Below, piece after piece: positions 24,620-35,763 of a DNA stretch of 64,000 nt. The stretch is from Octopus sinensis (taxonomy: Eukaryota): positions 66,898,001-66,962,000 of the forward strand of contig NC_043000.1 in assembly GCF_006345805.1 (NCBI RefSeq), written 5' to 3'. Position numbers and translations under genes: made by a program. Position 1 is the first letter of the stretch, and each line of letters starts with the position of its first letter. The notes below the pieces were generated by a model. The model worked only from the letters and a program-made list of their open reading frames with translations. It had not been told where the DNA came from and searched no databases.

Positions 24620-24883
24620 TAGATACATAGGCAGAGGCGTAACTTTGTGGTAAAAGACTTGCTTCCCAACCACACGCTTATGTAGATACTTCCAAACAAA
24701 CATGATTTTTAATGAAATCCTAAGATATTTTTTTGAAATTTTTGTTTAATATTTTCTCAAGTATTTCCTTGTAAACTGCCTTTAACATTTTCTTATTATT
24801 ATCAAAGAATGTATATATGTATTGTAATATTTTGTGACAAACAGTACTTAACACAACAAAGCTTTTACAAAGCTTTACATTTT

Positions 24884-24925
24884 ACTTTTGACAATATTTT
24901 TCTAAAAAAGTGAAACCGGTCAAGT
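24884..24925 (+). ncRNA. Minimal HHR, U3-A8 core variant
   Basis: ACUU-UUGACAA-U-AUUUUU-CUAA-AAAAGU-GAAA-CCGG-UC-AAGU; stems I, II and III all pair. Confidence 0.65.
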
Positions 24926-25001
24926 GAATAAACATCTTTAAAATTGCATTTTCAAAACTTCTTTCATATATATTTCCACTCGCGCGGTACCTTACAATTT
25001 C

Positions 25002-25039
<38 letters not shown>

Positions 25040-25132
25040 GTTAATCCAAACAAGAAAGCACAAAAAAAAAACACAACAACGCGAGGACATGGAACAAATA
25101 TAGCATTATTGGACGCTCAGGAAAGAAGGATG

Positions 25133-25167
25133 GTTTAACGTTTCGAGCGGAGCTCTTCATCATAAAC
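25133..25167 (-). ncRNA. Minimal HHR, probably inactivated (C3>A)
   Basis: GUUU-AUGAUGA-A-GAGC-UCC-GCUC-GAAA-CG-UU-AAAC within a short element between (TA)n tracts. Confidence 0.65.
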
Positions 25168-25217
25168 ATAGGAGAAGGGAAGACAGGAAAAAAAATCGCC
25201 AACGGTACACACGAGGT

Positions 25218-25248
<31 letters not shown>

Positions 25249-25249
25249 G

Positions 25250-25353
25250 GTACAGGAGTGGATGTGTGGTAAAAAGCTTGCTTCCAAACCATGTTTTCGG
25301 GTTCAGTCCCACTGCGTGGCGCCTTGGGCAAGTGTGTGTGTGCATGTGCGCGC

Positions 25354-25402
<49 letters not shown>

Positions 25403-25525
25403 TGTATGTGTGTATGTGTGTGTGCGCGTGTGTGTGTGTGTGTATGCGCGTCTGTGTGTGTGTCTATATGCGTGTCACTGTGTCTGTGCTTATCCACCAC
25501 TACCGCTTGACAACCGGTATTGGTG
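25250..25525 (+). mobile_element. CORE-type SINE, internally deleted with expanded microsatellite
   Basis: CAGGAGTGGATGTGTGGT head, GGTTCAGTCCC, GCCTTGGGCAAG, then CTTGACAACCGG. Confidence 0.7.
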
Positions 25526-26149
25526 TCAAGCCCACGTGAAAGGAAGTACATCCTATCATACCTGCGTGCCCCATCATGACTATAATCTCCAGTCCCCCAA
25601 CTTCGGCCCTCCGCCAATACCTGAGTGTCCGGCAAAAATTTTGACCAGAATATACTCTAACACATCCACAACCACACACGCTCCAACACGACGGACACCC
25701 ACCCAATACACTTTTTTCCATCACCCCCAATATAAGACCCCACACATATTGTACCCCTATGCACACCGCATGCATACATAGATGCCCAAGTATTTAACCA
25801 ATGCATAAAAGAAACAAAACACACTAACGAACACAGATATGTATTCAACCTCCACACCCACAAAGCACTACATATAGTACCACTACACACATTCCATTTG
25901 TACAAAAACACCGACAAAGACACATACATTTCCCATAAATTTTTTTTAGAAAACTCTCACCAACTTGCAACAAAACCACAACTAAAGATGCTGTTTTTGA
26001 TATCAAGGGATATAACTCTTAACTTAATCCCCTGCTCGATTTGTTTCATCTTTTTTATAGCAACAACAAACGGATATGTCTATTCAACTCCAACAAGAAA
26101 GAACAGTCGCCATATTTCATTCCATAACGGCTACCTCTGATGAGCGCAA

Positions 26150-26221
26150 TCTAATAAGGCAGGATGTGTGTGTGATTGTGTGTGTGCTTGTGTGTGTGTG
26201 TGTGTGTATGTATGTGTGTGT

Positions 26222-26269
<48 letters not shown>

Positions 26270-27314
26270 TGAATGTAATTTATGCACGTCCACAAATTAG
26301 CACACATGTCGCTCAAATTTTAGGAGGACATTCGTCACGATCCTAGCTGTATTTTCGTCAAATTATTTTCTCTCGAGGCACCAGCGAACAGCGGCAAAAA
26401 TAATTTTGAGCCATAACTTCTAACAATTTTCCAGTCGGAGAAATCCACCATTATTTGCAAGCATGAGTCAAGTCCCCTTCTAGCGACGTTTTACTGTTAT
26501 CTCTCTCTCTCTTTCTCTTCATACACACTAACAAAACAACTCCTCATACACATCACACACTTTGTGTTGCATATCCCATCAAACACGCCAAAAAACACAC
26601 ACATGGGGTGTGCAACACAGAAAGTGTAGTGTGTATGAGAAGTTGTTTTGTTAGCGTGTGTGAAGAGAGAGAGGAGGGGTAACAGATTTTTTAAAATTTC
26701 GTCCTTTTAGTGATTGACAGACAAAAAGAGACAGAGAGGGGTTGTTATGTATGTATGTATGTGTGAATGGCTTCAGTCTCTCTCTCTCACACACACACAC
26801 ACACGAACATATATGCGTACAAAAAAATGTATGTAATAGATGTACGTACGTGTGTGTGTGTGGGGGGGGGGTGCCCTTATATGTATACACAATATAAACA
26901 ATATTCTCCGTTTCTCAACAATTAATTTCCAAATTAGTTGAATCCGTTGCTCTACTCATTGCGACATATAGCTGGTCGCGCGTGAACATGGGAGAGAGCA
27001 GAAGTTACCAGAGCAAAAATCCTAAGTGTTGACTGTAGACACGCTTTTTCTCAAATGATAAGGTAGTATTTTGTAAACAATGTTTCGAAAATGTTCATGA
27101 CTCTCACATCTCTGTGGGAGAAGGTAGGTCTCTCTATTCCTCTTACAAAACTTACGTCCGGGTGCCAAATTTGCCTCAATTGATGGTATTTCTCGGGTAG
27201 GGTGGGTGGGACAGGGGCAGGGGCAAGGGCGTACAAAAAACATGTATGCAATAGGTGTATGTAAGTATGTATTAGTGTGTGTGTGTGTGTGTGTGTGGTG
27301 TGTGTGTGTTGCCC

Positions 27315-27360
<46 letters not shown>

Positions 27361-28112
27361 AAATACTTAGTTGTGATCTGAGCATAACCGCTTCTGACAC
27401 AGAGGATCGGGAGCCCTTTTAGGCGTTCTATTTTCCTTGCTGGTAGGGTTCCCACCCCCTGGGCAAAGTGGGGGTTAGATGATAGGAGTGGTGTTTTCAA
27501 AAGGGCTGGCATATGCAACTTGATCACCTCTGCCGATCAAACTCCTAACCCATGTGCTCCCGTCGCGACACTGATTCTGCGGAACTGGGTTGGGTGTGAA
27601 AACCAACTTTAAAATATAAATATAGATGTTTTTGAATCAACAATGTTGTGTTCGGTTAAGTCCTATTTGGGGTGAAAAATCAATAAACTGATTCCTTACG
27701 CGGTTTTCCATTTAATCAGGTTTTACAAAAATCAATAAACCGATTCCTTATAGGACTTCCCACTAAAATTGGCTACACCCCATTTTCAACCATAACTTTT
27801 ACCAATTTTGATGTATTTTGTCCAAACTTGATGTCAGCATTACTTAGGACTCATGGGATCTTTGAATGCTTTAAGTTCTCCAAAAACGAAAAAAAAAAAA
27901 AAAATCGATGAGTGGAAAAAATCGATAAACCGATTCCTTATGGGATTTCCCAATCAAATTTTCTGCAACTCATTTTCAGCTAAAAGTTTAACAATTTCAA
28001 CGGATTTCGCTCAAATTTGACATCGATGTTACTTAGTTTGGTTTGAAATAAAAAGCTTGATTAGCTTAATAATCCTAACGTAATCCCGAGCAAAGCCGGG
28101 CTATACTGCTAG
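26150..28112 (+). mobile_element. Non-autonomous Helitron (same family as the 9807-12190 dimer) with cargo
   Basis: A|TCTAATAAGGC start, CCCGAGCAAAGCCGGG hairpin and CTAG|T end; ends homologous to dimer copies; three internal AAATCAATAAACCGATTCCTTA repeats. Confidence 0.85.
26945..27050 (-). pseudogene. Pif1-type (Helitron) helicase motif VI remnant
   Basis: 26989-26945 translates MFTRDQLYVAMSRAT, matching the FxHGQLYVAxSR motif. Confidence 0.65.
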
Positions 28113-28209
28113 TATTACATAATCGGACTGTTACCTAACACACCGTTGAACCCCTAGTGCGAAACCGTTTGGTAACATCGGCCATAGTGGATATATAATA
28201 CTGTACACG

Positions 28210-28255
<46 letters not shown>

Positions 28256-28670
28256 GAAAAAAAAAATTAAAATTCACGTAACTCAATTCAGAACCATGTA
28301 CCGGTACTTTGTCAGTGAGATGCTGTACAAACAGTTGTAATGCATCGAAAATGCAGATGCGTCTCCACGGGTGACTTTTCAAAAAGTACCTCACTTTTAA
28401 TTTGCCGTTTTGCTTATTTCAATAACAATACATTTTCGTAATTGTAGCGTACTAGGCGAATAAAATATATAAATGTAAAAAAGAAAACTATCTTGCTTTA
28501 ATTGTACTGGATGCAAACACTGATTATACTTTCTTATAAATTTGGTAGGATTTGGGGAATATGCATGCTTCTATTTTGAGTATTTATTAACTTACTGCTT
28601 ACATATGAAAATTGTACTATTTTTCATTGAAGTTTTAATAAATCTTACGATCGCTAAACATAGAATACAC

Positions 28671-29325
28671 TTTGCTGAGTTTGTTCCCTTTAATTATTGT
28701 GTATGTATTCAAACCTTATTTTCATTTCAGTTCTCAATCAACCCTTAAATCCCATTTAATCTTAATTTTGAACTTAAAACTTATTGTTTTTCAAAATAAA
28801 TACTTAGTTTTGAAAACTGGTAAATTTGTTTGCAATTTCTTAAATGTTTATTTATGATATGAATTGTCTCTTCCATTTACTAACGTAAATTGTATTCTTT
28901 CTGATTAAAATATAAATGTTACGATCTCTAAACAGAAAATACTTTCTGTTTAACTTTGTTCCCTTTAACCATTGTGCATTCGTTCAAGCTTAATTATTTT
29001 CCTATCGTATCTCAATTAACCTACAAATTGCATTTAATCTTAATTTTACAATTAAAATTTTTTTCGTCTGCCAAAAAGTATTTCTCAGAAGTTACTTCTG
29101 ATTGTTAATTTCAGAAAAAATACTATTTGCTGAATTTTGCTCCCAATTACTACTGTATACGCATTTAAACTTTATTGTTTTCCTTTCAATTTTCAATTTA
29201 TCCTCAAACGGTTTTTAATATTAATTTCACATTTAAAATTTATCGTCTGCCAAAAAGAATTTTCAGAAGTTACTTCCGATTGTTAATTTTTCAAAATAAT
29301 TCTAAAATTTGAAAAACAGTAAATA
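28671..29325. repeat. Three diverged ~180-bp AT-rich direct repeats
   Basis: Recurring TTTGTTCCCTTTAA / CATTTAATCTTAATTTT / TCGTCTGCCAAAAAG...CAGAAGTTACTTC blocks. Confidence 0.65.
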
Positions 29326-29459
29326 AACGCACAATATTAAACATTCCTATATATCATTTCTGTATAATATTATACATTCGTATAAAAGTTAGTTTGTGTG
29401 TTAAAATGTGGATTTATATATCAAACACCACAAAAGCGTATATTCTGTGCAATGTTACC

Positions 29460-29560
29460 ACAACAGGAAGTGGCTGACGTTTTGATTTAGAAAAAGAGCG
29501 GCTAAAAGTTTGAAAGTGTTTGTGATTTCATACAATGTTGATTAAAGATCCGCGAAAAGA
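29460..29560 (+). promoter_or_regulatory. Candidate CDC45 proximal promoter motifs
   Basis: ETS-like CAGGAAGT 29464-71, CRE-like TGACGT 29475-80, CHR-like TTTGAA 29509-14, E2F-like TTTTCGCGG (minus) 29550-58. Confidence 0.4.
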
Positions 29561-29585
29561 AATTTACAGCAAATTTCAAAACCAG
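29535..29585 (+). CDS. CDC45: CDC45 coding exon 1
   Basis: MLIKDPRKEIYSKFQNQ|gt resembles the CDC45 N-terminus (MFVSDFRKEFY...Q); phase 0. Confidence 0.85.
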
Positions 29586-30934
29586 GTGATATATATATAC
29601 TTATATTAATATAGTTCTAACCAGTACACAATCAATCCCCCACACATGTAATATGTATCGTTATGTTATTGTGTGTGTGTATGTTGACGTTGTAAGATTT
29701 TTATAAACTTTCAAGAGAACGTGGAATAATTCTTTTTTGGAACAGTAGATCTCGATGCGCATAAAACCATAGATAATAACATGTAAATATTGAGTTGAAA
29801 ACCCTTCTTGATAGAAAATATCAAATGCTACCCACAAGAAAGGTGAGTTTCGTGTCCCACCTTTCGACTTTTTCTTTCGAAAAGGGATTTTCAGCCCAGT
29901 GTTATGTGCTTCGTAATCCGCTGTTCACACACACATACGTCGGCACAGTGGGTCGCGACTGATGGAATGTGTTTATGAAGATAGCTTCTCTGTTGCACAA
30001 TCAGTCTTGTAAAATAGTATTTAATACAGCCTAAAGAATTTAGAAATAATTTAAGGGTAGACGTGTTTGGAAAATTTTTGCAAAATCTGTGCTGACGCCG
30101 TTTCTGGCGCCTACTGTTGGACAATGCCTGTCTTGCAGGCAGATCCCTCCGAAGGGAACAGACAAAAGGTTGCTATGGCTGAAATAAATGCCTTTAATTC
30201 CAGTGTCTTCTTGTGTGAGAACGCTATATTCTCAAAAATAAATTCTTACTTTGTATTATGCAATAAAACTAATCCCGTTATTCTTCAAACCCCCTCACTT
30301 GTGCCGACGCCGTATGTTTATGAAACTTTTCAGATTCTCGAGGGGTTTGGAATGTTGAGTATCTTACTAATTTAGATTTTTTTCTTCATTATTAATTCGA
30401 AATAATTATACTTATAGATAACCTAATCAATTTTTTAATTACAAATTGATCCTTTTTCATAGGCACTAATTTCTTTTGATTAAACAAAAAAATTCAAATT
30501 TTACCTGTACTTAAAAGAACGTAAATTACTGAGGTTAATTACTCAGTAATTATCTGTAAATTACACGAGCCACGAGATCTTTTCATGGTCGCTTGACTTG
30601 CTAGAAATGACAGCCAAATCTACCTTCACTGTTAATAACTGTGTCTATAACTGAATTGCATCTGGACTGTTTTTGATTATAGGTTTCCTATGACATCTTA
30701 ATGTCAGTATCCAACTTTACATTTACTATTTCCATGAAGTTGATACTTACAAATGTGTAAAAGCTGGTTTTTCTTTTTGCCTGTGCACGAATTCAATTAC
30801 CATTGCTGGCCATTTATTTGTATGTCTTCTGATTAAAACAGACAATATGCTATCCATCCAACAGGTAACCGAGTACCTTAGCTGGTCAATTTTCTGCAGG
30901 TTGTATTTTATATATTATCCTCCTCTTGATTTAG

Positions 30935-32500
30935 CTGCCATTTTTCCTGCTGGCATGAACTGGACGGTTTGACAGGATCTGATAGGGCTGCACCAGACTC
31001 CATTGTCTTTTTGGAATGGTTTCTATAGCTGGATACCCTTCCTAATGCCAACCACTTTACAGTTTACTAAGTGCTTTTTACATGACACCAGCACTGATAT
31101 CAATTCTGCTGTGGTGATGGGTCTTTTTGAGTACAGCAAGTCCTTTTTCATCTCCTTTATAAGGCTCAGTGTTTTGAGATTGGCCTTCACTACTTCACCC
31201 CATGTCTTCCTGGATCTCCCTCTTCCATGAGTTCTATCCACTTTAAACAATTGGCACTTCTGTGTGCAAATGTCTACATCCATATAACTCACATGACTAT
31301 GTACAGTCTTCTCTCTGATACACCGCACCTAATTCCTCCTATGCCAAACTTTTGCTTCAGTACACTAGCGCTATGTAGCACATCTATACTGACATTACGA
31401 ATCCAGCGGAGTACACTAACTTCATTCCTCTCTAGCCTTTGCATATCTTCTGCATTCAGGGCCCATGTCTCATTATTATGTAGCATTGCTGTTTGTGTAC
31501 ATGCATCATACAGTCTTCCTTTCACTTGGAGAGTGAAACTTTTCATTGCAACAGAGGTAAAGGCTCTCTGAATTTTCTCCATTGTATTCTTATTCTAGTG
31601 ATTACACTTTCTGCACATCCTCCCCTATTGCTAATTAGGTCTCCTGGTAGCAGAAATTATCCACTACCTCCGGGGCATTTGTGGCGCCTGTGCATCTTCC
31701 AGATACACGCACTACTTTCTCTGATAAGCTTCCTATTTTTCCATTGCACCTCTTATGTGTCAATAACTTGCATCATATTGAATTCCTGCCCATACTTTTC
31801 CTACATATTGAGCAGAACTATTTAACTGATGGGGGTAACATCCTGTCTGTTTTCTTGCTTACTAGAACCTTAGTCTTTGTTAAGTTAATCTTAAGACCCT
31901 TTGATTCCAGGTTTTGCTTCCACACATGGAATTTCTTTTCTAGTTCTGTTTCAGAATCTGCTATCAGAGCAAGATCATCAGCATATAGCAGTTTCCAGGG
32001 GCAGCCAGTCTTGAATTCTTCTGCTATGGCCAGAAGTATGATGAATAGGAGAGGACTGAGAACTGAACGTTGATGAACGCTTACCTGTCCACTAAATTCA
32101 TCAGTATATTCATGGTTAACTCACCTTACTGACAGAACCTCTATACATGACCTGCACATCTTTCGCTAGCCACATTTTACCTCTAGTTTCCTCAGAGCCC
32201 ACTATATCACACAGTGGGATACTCTGTCAGAGGCTTTTTCTAAGTCTGTAACTTTCATACCTGGTCCAGCAATTTGATGCCTCTGTAATTCTAACTAAGG
32301 CATCTCCCTTACTCTTGTAGCAGCTGACTATAATGCTGCCATACCAGTCATTGGGATGACACCCTCATGGACAACCTGATTAACTATATGGGTGGCTAGA
32401 TCATATACTACTCTGCAAGATATTTTAAGCATCTCAGCAGTGACTCCTGATGGATCAGGGGCTTTCCCTGCCTTCATATTCTTAATTGCTTTATCTGCTG
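30935..32500 (-). mobile_element. RTE-clade LINE 3' half, decayed
   Basis: VKGRLYDAC...ETWAL...LERNE, GRGRSRKTW; RT LLYADD region; RTE-type 3' tail. Confidence 0.85.
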
Positions 32501-33989
32501 GCTAGGCAAGCAGGCCAAAAAGGCACATGGCTCAGTGGTTAGAGCATCAGGCTTACAATTCTGAAGTAGTGAATTTGTCTCTCAGACCTTGCTGTGTGTT
32601 GTGTTCTTGAGCAAGACACTATATTTCACATTATTCCAGTTCACTCAGCTGTAGAAATGAATTGCAATGTCACTAGTGCCAAGCTATATCAGCATTTGCC
32701 TTTCCCTTGGATAATGTCAGTGATGTGGAGAGAGAGGACTTGTATGGATGCACAACTGCTAGTCTTCCATAAACAACCTTGCCAAGACTTGTGCCTCGGA
32801 GGGGGACTTTCTAGGTGCAATCCAATGATCATTCATGACTGAAGGGGATCTCTCCTATCTCTCAAAGTATGTGCATGTATATGTAATTGTAGTGCTTGAG
32901 AAGACATATCAAGTTAGGTAAAAAAAGTGGCCATCCATACATACAGGTGGGTCCTTTACGGCCATGACTCCCACTCTCGTGCTCTCTCTCTCTCTCAGCT
33001 GAGATACATAAAGAACACTCATGCCAGCACCATGTAAAAAGCACTCATGCTCAGATCACATAATAGCATCCATGCTGATACCATGTAAAAGGCACCCTAT
33101 ACATCTGTAAAGTGTTTGGCATTAGGAAGGACATCCAGCTATAGAAACTGACAAATGGAGTCTGGGCAGCTCTCCGGCTGACCAGCTCCTGTCAAACTGT
33201 CCAACACATGTTAACTATTGATGGTGATGTCTAAAATATAAAAATTGTATGTATGGTTATGTAGACATCTATGTTTAACTCATTCAAATGCATACATTCT
33301 TTTACACACTATACATTCATATATGTATGCATGTGTATGTCTGACTTTAATAAGGGAGAAAGAGTAAGGGGAAATAGTTTTAACCGCTGCTTGTTTAGTC
33401 TTTGCTTAAATAGGATCTCGTCCACATGGGTTCATCTAGCAAAATATGAATTCATAAAAATATTCATTGACAATGCATCTGTGAGAAGCTACAGTGGAGA
33501 AATTTTGATGTTAAAATAAATGTCGTTGAAATATTAATTCGCAAATATTGCAGCAATGAAAATATGAAAACAGTAAAAGCAATGATAATGTAGAAAAAAG
33601 TGAACCATTAGTATTTTCTATTTGTGGATTGAGGGAGCAGAGTGAGAAAGTGAAAACAATTGGGTAGCTATATTTTATTGACAAGAGAAAGAAAGAGTCA
33701 AAATTTGTAAAGTAGAGTGGCTTATCTCAGAAAGCTGGAGATTTAAGATAAATGGATTTTCAACTTATGTCTCACTTGGCAGCAGAAAGTGATTTTAGCA
33801 GCTGCTCATTTAGTCTTTACTTAAATAGGACCTTGTCCATGTGGGTTCATCTAACAGTGAATTTAAGAATCTATTTACCTGAATGGGAATTGGATTTGAG
33901 TATATTTCATTACTATGAATATCTCACATTTAAGTATTTATTTTCTGTTTTGCTGAATGCTCCTTTATGGTGATATTGTTGATGACTCT

Positions 33990-34350
33990 GTAGATCAATT
34001 CTTGCATAGAAGAATCGATGGCATTGAGTGCATGGCAATGTTGGTGGAGGACGAAGTTGATTTTGTCAAGCCTTTCTCTTCTGTCATTTGATTTCTTCCT
34101 TTTCTTTTCTAGTGGTTTTGAAATTTATGGTTCTGATGGTGATAGCATGCCGCCACTTGGTATGGTCTTGGGCTTGAGTTTCAAACAATTTAGGCTCAAG
34201 TCCAATGGCTTTGAGTTGGTCCTTGTATCTTCAAAGAGGACAACCCCATAGTTTTTTACTTGAAGTGAGCTCACTGAATAAGACTCGGTGTGAGAACCTT
34301 GACTCTTCCATTCTTGCTACATGTCCTGACCATCGAAGACAGTGTTTCAT
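33990..34350 (-). mobile_element. RTE-type LINE C-terminal fragment (different family)
   Basis: LRWSGHVARMEESRFSHRVLFSEL...G.P..RYKDQLK. Confidence 0.7.
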
Positions 34351-35324
34351 GACTACTACTGCAGTGACAAATAATATTAATACTCATTGGCATGGCATCT
34401 GAGAGAAGCTACGAAGAACTGTTTGGATGTTAAATAAATGTTATTGGAATACAAATTCACAAAAATATTCATTGACATGGCATCTAAGAGAAGCTATGGC
34501 AAAGTGACTTGGACAAAGTAATATTGCTGAAGTCATTTCTCATGTTATAAAATATAGCTTCCATGCTCACCTATATAGCTATCCTATTCTCTCTTCATGT
34601 GAACATGCTATAATTATAATATGCTTCTCAGTCAACTTTGAGATAGTTCATATTAGGGCCTCATTGAAATACCTCCTTTAGCACTCATAATGACTCTTAT
34701 TCTATTTGTCCCTTGTCTACGAGTTTTTATCTATTTGCTGACTTCAGTTAATAGTATATTCTGGAATGAAATGAGTATGCTTCATTGATATGCAACTTGC
34801 AAATAAATTGTGATAAAAACTGGATATAAGATAGAATAGATATTAGTATGCAAGAGAGAACACTGCTCTGTGTAAACATGTGGTATGTATGAAAAAAGAT
34901 GATAGTAGTATAAAGAAGAGCAGGGAACTGAGAGTGGATGAAATCTGTAGGTGAAGGAAACCTAGAATGACATGGGTTGAAGACTGATTGCTGAATGCTG
35001 AATCTCATGAAGATTGCAATAATTAGTGACTTACTGCTGGAAAAGACATGCCTGCCTATGCAAACATGGTGAAATGTCCTTTAAAATTGTGGTGGTGATG
35101 GCAGTTGGGATGTATAATGTATCTACTTTTATTGAATTCATGAAAGCATGTTTGTGTGTTATGAGGAGAGTTAATTTCTGACAATTTAAGTTAGGCTCTT
35201 CTGCTTTTTGTAGTGCTTCACTGCTTGGTTTATGTTGGATATAAATGCTTGCTTTTTAATTTGTTTGCTTTATTGTTAAAAAGGGGTAAAACCTTGATGT
35301 ATTGTAGCTAATTTGGAGCAACAA

Positions 35325-35541
35325 ATTTACTCTTTTACTTGTTTCAGTCATTTGACTGTGGTCATGCTGGAGCACTGCCTTTAGTCGAGCAAATTGACCC
35401 CAGGACTTATTCTTTGTAAGCCTAGTACTTATTCTATCGGTCTCTTTTGCTGAACCACTAAGTTGCGGAGACATAAACACACCAACATCAGTTGTCAAGT
35501 GATGTTGGGGGGACAAACACAGACACACAAACACACACACT

Positions 35542-35573
<32 letters not shown>

Positions 35574-35763
35574 TATACATATATATGACGGGCTTCTTTC
35601 AGTTTCCGTCTACCAAATCCACTCACAAGGCTTTGGTCAGCTCAAGGCTATAGTAGAAGACACTTGCCCAAGGTGCCACGCTGTGGGACTGAACCCAGAA
35701 CCATGTGGTTGGTAAGCAAGCTACTTACCACACAGCTACTCACCACACAGCTACTCCTGCGCC
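35325..35763 (-). mobile_element. Full-length CORE-type SINE
   Basis: Reverse-complement copy of the 7220-7582 family, with a short duplication in the head. Confidence 0.85.

Noticed and set aside
28250-29460. Head-to-head partner gene such as UFD1 (vertebrate arrangement with CDC45)
   Set aside because: No recognisable minus-strand exons found upstream in this window.
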